Shown here one piece after another: positions 49,362 to 64,000 of a stretch of DNA of 64,000 nt. Origin of the DNA: Eledone cirrhosa. Lineage: Eukaryota. Every line of letters begins with the position of its first letter. Positions within the stretch are counted from its first letter, which is position 1. The position numbers and the translations under genes were made by a program. A model generated the notes under the pieces. That model was not told the DNA's origin. It made no database searches and saw nothing but the letters and a program-made list of their open reading frames with translations. The stretch spans positions 83,018,001 through 83,082,000 of the forward strand of contig OZ024743.1 in NCBI GenBank assembly GCA_964016885.1, in the 5' to 3' direction.

Positions 49362-52300
49362 CTACCAGACACAACACCACTACTAGACACTACACCACTA
49401 CCACACACTACACCACTACCACACACTACACCACTACCAAACACTACACCACTACACCATTACCAGACACTACACCACTACCAGACATTACACCACTACT
49501 AGACACTACACCACTACCACACACTACACCACTACCAGACACTACACCACTACCAGACACTACACCACTACCACACACTACACCATTACCAGACACTACA
49601 CCACTACCAGACACTACACCACTACCAGGCACTACACCATTACCAGACACTACACCACTACCAGACACTACACCACTACCACACACTACACTACTACCAC
49701 ACACTACACCACTACCAGACACTACACCATTACCAGACACTACACCACTACCACACACTACACCACTACCAGACACTACACCACTACCAGACACTACACC
49801 ATTACCAGACACTGCAACACTGCCACACACTACACCACTACCAGACACCACATACTACACCACTACACCACTACCACACACTACACCACTACCACACACT
49901 ACACCACTACCAGACACTACACCACTACCACACACTACACCACTACCAGACACTACCACACACTACACCACTACCACACACTACACCACTACCACACACT
50001 ACACCACTACCAGACACTACCACACACTACACCACTACCACACACTACACCACTACCACACACTACACCACTACCAGACACTGCAACACTACCACACACG
50101 ACACCACTGCCAGACACTACACCACTACCAGACACTACACCATTACCAGACACTGCAACACTACCACAGACTACACCACTACCAGACACTACACCACTAC
50201 CAGACACTACACCACTACCAGACACTACACCACTACCAGACACTACACCACTACCACACACTACACCACTACCAGACACTACACCACTACCACACACTAC
50301 ACCACTACCAGACACTACACCACTACCACACACTACACCACTACCAGACACTACACCACTACCAGACACTACACCACTACCAGACACTACACCACTACCA
50401 GACACTACACCACTACCACACACTACACCACTACCAGACACTACACCACTACCACACACTACACCACTACCACACACTACACCACTACCAGACACTACAC
50501 CACTACCAGACACTACACCACTACAAGACACTACACCATTACCAGACACTGCAACACTACCACACACTACACCACTACCAGACACTACACCACTACCACA
50601 CACTACACCACTACCACACACTACACCACTACCAGACACTGCAACACTACCACACACTACACCAGTACCAGACACTACACCATTACCAGACACTGCAACA
50701 CTACCACACACTACACTACTACCAGACACTACACCACTACCAGACACTACACCACTACCACACACTACACCACTACCACACACTACACCACTACCACACA
50801 CTACACCACTACCACACACTACACCACTACCAGACACTACACCACTACCAGACACTACACCACTACCAGACACTACACCACTACCAGACACTACACCATT
50901 ACCAGACACTGCAACACTACCACACACTACACCACTACCAGACACTACACCACTACCACACACTACACCACTACCACACACTACACCACTACCAGACACT
51001 GCAACACTACCACACACTACACCAGTACCAGACACTACACCATTACCAGACACTGCAACACTACCACACACTACACTACTACCAGACACTACACCACTAC
51101 CACACACTACACCACTACCACACACTACACCACTACCACACACTACACCACTACCAGACACTACACCACTACCAGACACTACACCACTACCAGACACTAC
51201 ACCACTACCAGACACTACACCACTACCACACACTACACCACTACCACACACTACACCACTACCACACACTACACCACTACCACACACTACACCACTACCA
51301 CACACTACACCACTACCACACACTACACCACTACCAGACACTACACCACTACCAGACACTACACCACTACCACACACTACACCACTACCAGACACTACAC
51401 CACTACCACACACTATACCACTACCAGACACTACACCACTACCAGACACTACACCACTACCAGACACTGCAACACTACCACACACTACTCCAGTACCACA
51501 CACTACACCACTACCAGACACTACACCACTACCAGACACTACACCACTACCACACACTACACCACTACCAGACACTACACCACTACCAGACATTACACCA
51601 CTACCACACACTATACCACTACCAGACACTACACCACTACACCACTACCAGACACTACACCACTACCAGACACTGCAACACTACCACACACTACACCAGT
51701 ACCACACACTACACCACTACCAGACACTACACCACTACCAGACACTACACCACTACCACACACTACACCACTACCAGTCACTACACCACTACCAGACATT
51801 ACACCACTACCACACACTATACCACTACCAGACACTACACCACTACCAGACACTACACCACTACCAGACACTACACCACTACCACACACTACACCACTAC
51901 CACACACTACACCAGTACCAGACACTACACCATTACCAGACACTGCAACACTACCACACACTACACCACTACTAGACACTACACCACTACCAGACACTAC
52001 ACCACTGCCAGACACTACACCAGTACCAGACACTACACCACTACCAGACACTACACCACTACCAGACACTACACCACTACCAGACACTACACCACTACCA
52101 GACACTACACCACTACCACACACTACACCACTACCAGACACTACACCACTACCATACACTACACCACTACCAGACACTACCCCTCTACCAGACACTACAC
52201 AACTACCACACACTACACCACTACACCACTACCAGACACTACACCAATACCAGACACTACACCACTACCACACACTACACCACTACCACACACTGCAACA

Positions 52301-55300
52301 CTACCACACACTACACCACTACCACACACTGCACCACTACCAGACACTACACCACTACCACACACTACACCACTACCACACACTACAACATTACCAGACA
52401 CTACACCACTACCAGACACTACACCACTACCACACACTACACCACTACCAGACACTACACCAATACCAGACACTACACCACTACCACACACTACCACACA
52501 CTACACCACTACCAGACACTACACCACTACCACACACTACACCAGTACCAGACACTACACCACTACCAGACACTACACCACTACCACACACTACACCACT
52601 ACCAGACACTACACCAATACCAGACACTACACCACTACAACACACTACACCACTACCAGACACTACACCACTACCACACACTACACCACTACCAGACACT
52701 ACACCACTACCAGACACTACACCACTACCAGACACTACCCTCTACCAGACACTACCCCTCTACCAGACACTACACCACTAACACACACTACACCACTACC
52801 ACACACTACACCACTACCACACACTACACCACTACCAGACACTACCTCTCTACCAGACACTACACCACTACCATACACTACACCACTACCACACACTACA
52901 CCACTACCAGACACTACACCAGTGCCAGACACTACACAACTACAAGACACTACACCACTACCTCTCTACCAGACACTACACCAGTACCAGACACTACACC
53001 ACTACCAGACACTACACCAATACCAGACACTACACCACTACCAGACACTACACCACTGCCAGACACTACACCACTACCAGACACTACACCATTACCAGAC
53101 ACTGCAACACTACCACAGACTACGCCACTACCAGACACTACACCACTACCAGACACTACACCACTACCAGACACTACACCACTACCAGACACTACACCAC
53201 TACCACACACTACACCACTACCAGACACTACACCACTACCACACACTACACCACTACCAGACACTACACCACTACCACACACTACACCACTACCAGACAC
53301 TACACCACTACCACACACTACACCACTACCACACACTACACCACTACCAGACACTACACCACTACCAGACACTACACCACTACAAGACACTACACCATTA
53401 CCAGACACTGCAACACTACCACACACTACACCACTACCAGACACTACACCACTACCACACACTACACCACTACCACACACTACACCACTACCAGACACTG
53501 CAACACTACCACACACTACACCAGTACCAGACACTACACCATTACCAGACACTGCAACACTACCACACACTACACTACTACCAGACACTACACCACTACC
53601 AGACACTACACCACTACCACACACTACACCACTACCACACACTACACCACTACCACACACTACACCACTACCACACACTACACCACTACCAGACACTACA
53701 CCACTACCAGACACTACACCACTACCAGACACTACACCACTACCAGACACTACACCATTACCAGACACTGCAACACTACCACACACTACACCACTACCAG
53801 ACACTACACCACTACCACACACTACACCACTACCACACACTACACCACTACCAGACACTGCAACACTACCACACACTACACCAGTACCAGACACTACACC
53901 ATTACCAGACACTGCAACACTACCACACACTACACTACTACCAGACACTACACCACTACCAGACACTACACCACTACCACACACTACACCACTACCACAC
54001 ACTACACCACTACCACACACTACACCACTACCAGACACTACACCACTACCAGACACTACACCACTACCAGACACTACACCACTACCAGACACTACACCAC
54101 TACCAGACACTACACCACTACCACACACTACACCACTACCACACACTACACCACTACCACACACTACACCACTACCACACACTACACCACTACCACACAC
54201 TACACCACTACCACACACTACACCACTACCAGACACTACACCACTACCAGACACTACACCACTACCACACACTACACCACTACCACACACTATACCACTA
54301 CCAGACACTACACCACTACCAGACACTACACCACTACCAGACACTGCAACACTACCACACACTACTCCAGTACCACACACTACACCACTACCAGACACTA
54401 CACCACTACCAGACACTACACCACTACCACACACTACACCACTACCAGACACTACACCACTACCAGACATTACACCACTACCACACACTATACCACTACC
54501 AGACACTACACCACTACACCACTACCAGACACTACACCACTACCAGACACTGCAACACTACCACACACTACACCAGTACCACACACTACACCACTACCAG
54601 ACACTACACCACTACCAGACACTACACCACTACCACACACTACACCACTACCTGTCACTACACCACTACCAGACATTACACCACTACCACACACTATACC
54701 ACTACCAGACACTACACCACTACCAGACACTACACCACTACCAGACACTACACCACTACCACACACTACACAACTACCACACACTACACCAGTACCAGAC
54801 ACTACACCATTACCAGACACTGCAACACTACCACACACTACACCACTACTAGACACTACACCACTACCAGACACTACACCACTACCAGACACTACACCAG
54901 TACCAGACACTACACCACTACCAGACACTACACCACTACCAGACACTACACCACTACCAGACACTACACCACTACCACACACTACACCACTACCAGACAC
55001 TACACCACTACCATACACTACACCACTACCAGACACTACCCCTCTACCAGACACTACACAACTACCACACACTACACCACTACACCACTACCAGACACTA
55101 CACCAGTGCCAGACACTACACAACTACAAGACACTACACCACTACCTCTCTACCAGACACTACACCAGTACCAGACACTACACCACTACCAGACACTACA
55201 CCAATACCAGACACTACACCACTACCAGACACTACACCACTGCCAGACACTACACCACTACCAGACACTACACCATTACCAGACACTGCAACACTACCAC

Positions 55301-58300
55301 AGACTACACCACTACCAGATACTACACCACTACCAGACACTACACCACTACCAGACACTACACCACTACCACACACTACACCACTACCAGACACTACACC
55401 ACTACCACACACTACACCACTACCAGACACTACACCACTACCACACACTACACCACTACCAGACACTACACCACTACCAGACACTACACCACTACCAGAC
55501 ACTACACCACTACCAGACACTACACCACTACCACACACTACACCACTACCAGACACTACACCACTACCACACACTACACCACTACCACACACTACACCAC
55601 TACCAGACACTACACCACTACCAGACACTACACCACTACAAGACACTACACCATTACCAGACACTGCAACACTACCACACACTACACCACTACCAGACAC
55701 TACACCACTACCACACACTACACCACTACCACACACTACACCACTACCAGACACTGCAACACTACCACACACTACACCAGTACCAGACACTACACCATTA
55801 CCAGACACTGCAACACTACCACACACTACACTACTACCAGACACTACACCACTACCAGACACTACACCACTACCACACACTACACCACTACCACACACTA
55901 CACCACTACCACACACTACACCACTACCACACACTACACCACTACCAGACACTACACCACTACCAGACACTACACCACTACCAGACACTACACCACTACC
56001 AGACACTACACCATTACCAGACACTGCAACACTACCACACACTACACCACTACCAGACACTACACCACTACCACACACTACACCACTACCACACACTACA
56101 CCACTACCAGACACTGCAACACTACCACACACTACACCAGTACCAGACACTACACCATTACCAGACACTGCAACACTACCACACACTACACTACTACCAG
56201 ACACTACACCACTACCAGACACTACACCACTACCACACACTACACCACTACCACACACTACACCACTACCAGACACTACACCACTACCAGACACTACACC
56301 ACTACCAGACACTACACCACTACCAGACACTACACCACTACCAGACACTACACCACTACCACACACTACACCACTACCACACACTACACCACTACCACAC
56401 ACTACACCACTACCACACACTACACCACTACCACACACTACACCACTACCACACACTACACCACTACCACACACTACACCACTACCAGACACTACACCAC
56501 TACCAGACACTACACCACTACCACACACTACACCACTACCAGACACTACACCACTACCACACACTATACCACTACCAGACACTACACCACTACCAGACAC
56601 TACACCACTACCAGACACTGCAACACTACCACACACTACTCCAGTACCACACACTACACCACTACCAGACACTACACCACTACCAGACACTACACCACTA
56701 CCACACACTACACCACTACCAGACACTACACCACTACCAGACATTACACCACTACCACACACTATACCACTACCAGACACTACACCACTACACCACTACC
56801 AGACACTACACCACTACCAGACACTGCAACACTACCACACACTACACCAGTACCACACACTACACCACTACCAGACACTACACCACTACCAGACACTACA
56901 CCACTACCACACACTACACCACTACCAGTCACTACACCACTACCAGACATTACACCACTACCACACACTATACCACTACCAGACACTACACCACTACCAG
57001 ACACTACACCACTACCAGACACTACACCACTACCACACACTACACCACTACCACACACTACACCAGTACCAGACACTACACCATTACCAGACACTGCAAC
57101 ACTACCACACACTACACCACTACTAGACACTACACCACTACCAGACACTACACCACTACCAGACACTACACCAGTACCAGACACTACACCACTACCAGAC
57201 ACTACACCACTACCAGACACTACACCACTACCAGACACTACACCACTACCAGACACTACACCACTACCACACACTACACCACTACCAGACACTACACCAC
57301 TACCATACACTACACCACTACCAGACACTACCCCTCTACCAGACACTACACAACTACCACACACTACACCACTACACCACTACCAGACACTACACCAATA
57401 CCAGACACTACACCACTACCACACACTACACCACTACCACACACTGCAACACTACCACACACTACACCACTACCACACACTGCACCACTACCAGACACTA
57501 CACCACTACCACACACTACACCACTACCACACACTACAACATTACCAGACACTACACCACTACCAGACACTACACCACTACCACACACTACACCACTACC
57601 AGACACTACACCACTACCACACACTACACCACTACCAGACACTACACCACTACCAGACACTACACCAATACCAGACACTACACCACTACCACACACTACC
57701 ACACACTACACCACTACCAGACACTACACCACTACCACACACTACACCAGTACCAGACACTACACCACTACCAGACACTACACCACTACCACACACTACA
57801 CCACTACCAGACACTACACCAATACCAGACACTACACCACTACAACACACTACACCACTACCAGACACTACACCACTACCACACACTACACCACTACCAG
57901 ACACTACACCACTACCAGACACTACACCACTACCAGACACTACCCTCTACCAGACACTACCCCTCTACCAGACACTACACCACTAACACACACTACACCA
58001 CTACCACACACTACACCACTACCACACACTACACCACTACCAGACACTACACCACTACCATACACTACACCACTACCACACACTACACCACTACCAGACA
58101 CTACACCAGTGCCAGACACTACACAACTACAAGACACTACACCACTACCTCTCTACCAGACACTACACCAGTACCAGACACTACACCACTACCAGACACT
58201 ACACCAATACCAGACACTACACCACTACCAGACACTACACCACTACCAGACACTACACCACTACCACACACTACACCACTACCACACACTACACCACTAC

Positions 58301-61300
58301 CACACACTACACCACTACCACACACTACACCACTACCAGACACTACACCAATACCAGACACTACACCACTACCACACACTACACCACTACCACACACTAC
58401 ACCAGTACCAGATACTACACCACTACAACACACTACACCACTACCAGACACTACACCACTACCACACACTACACCACTACCAGACACTACACCACTACCA
58501 GACACTACCCCTCTACCAGACACTACCCCTCTACCAGACACTACACCACTACCAGACACTACACCACTACCACACACTACACCACTACCACACACTACAC
58601 CACTACCACACACTACACCACTACCAGACACTACCCCTCTACCAGACACTACACCACTACCAGACACTACACCACTACCAGACACTACACCAATACCAGA
58701 CACTACACCACTACCAGACACTACACCAATACCAGACACTACACCAATACCAGACACTACACCACTACCAGACACTACGCCACTACCAGACACTACACCA
58801 GTGCCAGACACTACACCACTACCAGACACTACACCACTACCAGACACTACACCACTACCAAACACTACACCACTACCAGACATTACACCACTACCAGACA
58901 CTACACCAATACCAGACACTACACCACTACCACACACTACACCACTACCTCTCTACCAGACACTACACCACTACCATACACTACACCACTACCACACACT
59001 ACACCACTACCAGACACTACACCAGTGCCAGACACTACACAACTACAAGACACTACACCACTACCTCTCTACCAGACACTACACCAGTACCAGACACTAC
59101 ACCACTACCAGACACTACACCACTACCCGACACTACATCAATACCAGACACTACACCACTACCAGACACTACACCACTACCAGACACTACAATACTACCA
59201 AACACTACACCATTACCAGACACTACACCACTACCAGACACTACACCACTACCAGACACTACACCACTACCAGACACTACACCACTACCACACACTACAC
59301 CACTACCAGACACTACACCACTACCAGACACTACACCATTACCAGACACTACACCACTACCACACACTACACCACTACCACACACTACACCACTACCAGA
59401 CACTATACCACTACCACACACTACACCACTACCAGACACTACACCACTACCAGACACTACACCACTACCAGACACTACAATACTACCAAACACTACACCA
59501 TTACCAGACACTACACCACTACCAGACACTACACCACTACCAGACACTACACCACTACCAGACACTACACCACTACCACACACTACACCACTACCAGACA
59601 CTACACCACTACCAGACACTACACCACTACCAGACACTACACCACTACCACACACTACACCACTACCAGACACTACCCCTCTACCAGACACTACACCTGT
59701 ACCAGACACTACACCTGTACCAGACACTACACCACTACCAGACACTACACCTCTACCAGACACTACACCACTACCACACTCTACACCACTACCAGACACT
59801 ACACCACTACCAGACACTACACCACTACCAGACACTACACCACTACCAGACACTACACCACTACCACAGACTACACCACTACCAGACACTACACCACTAC
59901 CACACACTACACCACTACCAGACACTACACCACTACCAGACACTACACCACTACCAGACACTACACCATTACCAGACACTGCAACACTACCACACACTAC
60001 ACCACTACCAGACACTACACCACTACCACACACTACACCACTACCACACACTACACCACTACCAGACACTGCAACACTACCACACACTACACCAGTACCA
60101 GACACTACACCATTACCAGACACTGCAACACTACCACACACTACACCACTACCAGACACTACACCACTACCACACACTACACCACTACCACACACTACAC
60201 CACTACCAGACACTACACCACTACCAGACACTACACCACTACCACACACTACACCACTACCAGACACTACACCACTACCAGACACTACACCACTACCAGA
60301 CACTACACCACTACCACACAATACACCACTACCAGACACTACACCACTACCACACACTACACCACTACCACACACTACACCACTACCACACACTACACCA
60401 CTACCAGACACTGCACCACTACCAGACACTACACCACTACCACACACTACACCACTACCAGACACTACACCACTACCAGACACTACACCACTACCACACA
60501 CTACACCACTACCAGACACTACACCACTACCAGACATTACACCACTACCACACACTATACCACTACCAGACACTACACCACTACCAGACACTACACCACT
60601 ACCAGACACTGCAACACTACCACACACTACACCAGTACCACACACTACTCCACTACCAGACACTACACCACTACCAGACACTACACCACTACCACACACT
60701 ACACCACTACCAGACACTACACCACTACCAGACATTACACCACTACCACACACTATACCACTACCAGACACTACACCACTACCAGACACTACACCACTAC
60801 CAGACACTGCAACACTACCACACACTACACCAGTACCACACACTACACCACTACCAGACACTGCAACACTACCACACACTACACCAGTACCACACACTAC
60901 ACCACTACCAGACACTACACCACTACCAGACACTACACCACTACCACACACTACACCACTACCACACACTACACCACTACCACACACTACACCACTACCA
61001 CACACTACACCACTACCAGACACTACACCACTACCAGACACTACACCACTACCACACACTACACCACTACCAGACACTACACCACTACCACACACTATAC
61101 CACTACCAGACACTACACCACTACCAGACACTACACCACTACCAGACACTACACCACTACCAGACACTACACCACTACCACACACTACACCACTACCAGA
61201 CACTACACCACTACCAGACATTACACCACTACCACACACTATACCACTACCAGACACTACACCACTACCAGACACTACACCACTACCAGACACTGCAACA

Positions 61301-64000
61301 CTACCACACACTACACCAGTACCACACACTACACCACTACCAGACACTACACCACTACCAGACACTACACCACTACCACACACTACACCACTACCAGTCA
61401 CTACACCACTACCAGACATTACACCACTACCACACACTATACCACTACCAGACACTACACCACTACCAGACACTACACCACTACCAGACACTACACCACT
61501 ACCACACACTACACCACTACCACACACTACACCAGTACCAGACACTACACCATTACCAGACACTGCAACACTACCACACACTACACCACTACTAGACACT
61601 ACACCACTACCAGACACTACACCAGTACCAGACACTACACCACTACCAGACACTACACCACTACCAGACACTACACCACTACCAGACACTACACCACTAC
61701 CAGACACTACACCACTACCACACACTACACCACTACCAGACACTACACCACTACCAGACACTACACCACTACCAGACACTACACCACTACCAGACACTAC
61801 ACCACTACCACACACTTCACCACTACCACACGCTACACCACTACCAGACACTACACCAGTACCAGACACTACACCACTACCAGACACTACACCACTACCA
61901 TACACTACACCACTACCAGACACTACCCCTCTACCAGACACTACACAACTACCACACACTACACCACTACACCACTACCAGACACTACACCAATACCAGA
62001 CACTACACCACTACCACACACTACACCACTACCACACACTGCAACACTACCACACACTACACCACTACCACACACTGCACCACTACCAGACACTACACCA
62101 CTACCACACACTACACCACTACCACACACTACAACATTACCAGACACTACACCACTACCAGACACTACACCACTACCACACACTACACCACTACCAGACA
62201 CTACACCACTACCAGACACTACACCACTACCAGACACTACACCACTACCAGACACTACACCAATACCAGACACTACACCACTACCACACACTACCACACA
62301 CTACACCACTACCAGACACTACACCACTACTACACACTACACCAGTACCAGACACTACACCACTACCAGACACTACACCACTACCACACACTACACCACT
62401 ACCAGACACTACACCAATACCAGACACTACACCACTACAACACACTACACCACTACCAGACACTACACCACTACCACACACTACACCACTACCAGACACT
62501 ACACCACTACCAGACACTACACCACTACCAGACACTACTCTCTACCAGACACTACCCCTCTACCAGACACTACACCACTAACACACACTACACCACTACC
62601 ACACACTACACCACTACCACACACTACACCACTACCAGACACTACCTCTCTACCAGACACTACACCACTACCATACACTACACCACTACCACACACTACA
62701 CCACTACCAGACACTACACCAGTGCCAGACACTACACCACTACCAGACACTACACCAGTGCCAGACACTACACAACTACAAGACACTACACCACTACCTC
62801 TCTACCAGACACTACACCAGTACCAGACACTACACCACTACCAGACACTACACCAATACCAGACACTACACCACTACCAGACACTACACCACTACCAGAC
62901 ACTACACCACTACCAGACACTACACCACTACCAGACACTACACCACTACCAGACACTACACCACTACCAGACACTACACCACTACCAGACACTACACCAC
63001 TACCAGACACTACACCACTACCAGACACTACACCACTACCACACACTACACCACTACCACACACTACACCACTACCACACACTACACCACTACCACACAC
63101 TACACCACTACCAGACACTACACCAATACCAGACACTACACCACTACCACACACTACACCACTACCACACACTACACCAGTACCAGATACTACACCACTA
63201 CAACACACTACACCACTACCAGACACTACACCACTACCAGACACTACACCACTACCAGACACTACACCACTACCAGACACTACCCCTCTACCAGACACTA
63301 CACCACTACCACACACTACACCACTACCAGACACTACCCCTCTACCAGACACTACACCACTACCAGACACTACACCACTACCAGACACTACCCCTCTACC
63401 AGACACTACCCCTCTACCAGACACTACCCCTCTACCAGACACTACACCACTACCAGACACTACACCACTACCAGACACTACACCACTACCAGACACTACA
63501 CCACTACCAGACACTACACCACTACCAGACACTACACCACTACCAGACACTACACCACTACCAGACACTACCCCTCTACCAGACACTACCCCTCTACCAG
63601 ACACTACCCCTCTACCAGATACTACACCACTACAACACACTACACCACTACCAGACACTACACCACTACCAGACACTACACCACTACCAGACACTACACC
63701 ACTACCAGACACTACACCACTACCAGACACTACACCACTACCAGACACTACCCCTCTACCAGACACTACCCCTCTACCAGACACTACCCCTCTACCAGAC
63801 ACTACACCACTACCAGACACTACACCACTACCACACACTACACCACTACCACACACTACACCACTACCACACACTACACCACTACCAGACACTACCCCTC
63901 TACCAGACACTACACCACTACCAGACACTACACCACTACCACACACTACACCACTACCACACACTACACCACTACCAGACACTACACCACTACCAGACAC
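49362..64000. repeat. 18-bp satellite array 2 (~800 units, runs off the window)
   Basis: Same unit and orientation as array 1, with occasional 8- and 10-bp partial units. Confidence 0.98.

Noticed and set aside
49340-62581. 4413-aa ORF (TTPLPD / HYQTLH / HYTTTR repeats) as a mucin-like or His-rich protein
   Set aside because: The C-rich strand of the 18-mer has no stop in any frame. The ORF drifts through all three frames at indels and has no signal peptide or unique domain. Transcript or peptide evidence would be needed.

Overview
AT-rich, microsatellite-dense animal genomic DNA. The finger consensus, SINE types and repeat content suggest an octopod cephalopod (inference). There is one credible host gene: a tandem C2H2 zinc-finger gene (33969-36359, +, 27 complete fingers, CDS in one exon) containing a near-identical 12-finger (1008 bp) duplication and a decaying tail of extra fingers behind an in-frame TAA. 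Two large same-orientation arrays of an 18-bp satellite (CCACTACCA[C/G]ACACTACA; ~9.2-17.5 kb and 49.4 kb to the window end) flank it and generate all the giant ORFs, which I treat as artefacts. The rest is a graveyard of mobile DNA: Penelope-like elements (RT + GIY-YIG), RTE LINEs (one nested in a Gypsy integrase), tRNA-derived SINEs, non-autonomous Helitrons and Tc1/pogo-type MITEs. The main unannotated signal is about a dozen type-I hammerhead-ribozyme motifs from several unrelated sequence families, found by eye on both strands. Some lie in Penelope 3' ends. Others lie in short non-coding fold-back elements beside (TA)n tracts, including back-to-back hammerhead palindromes and a head-to-tail pair. 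No searches or folding programs were run; coordinates were read by eye and may be off by a few bases.
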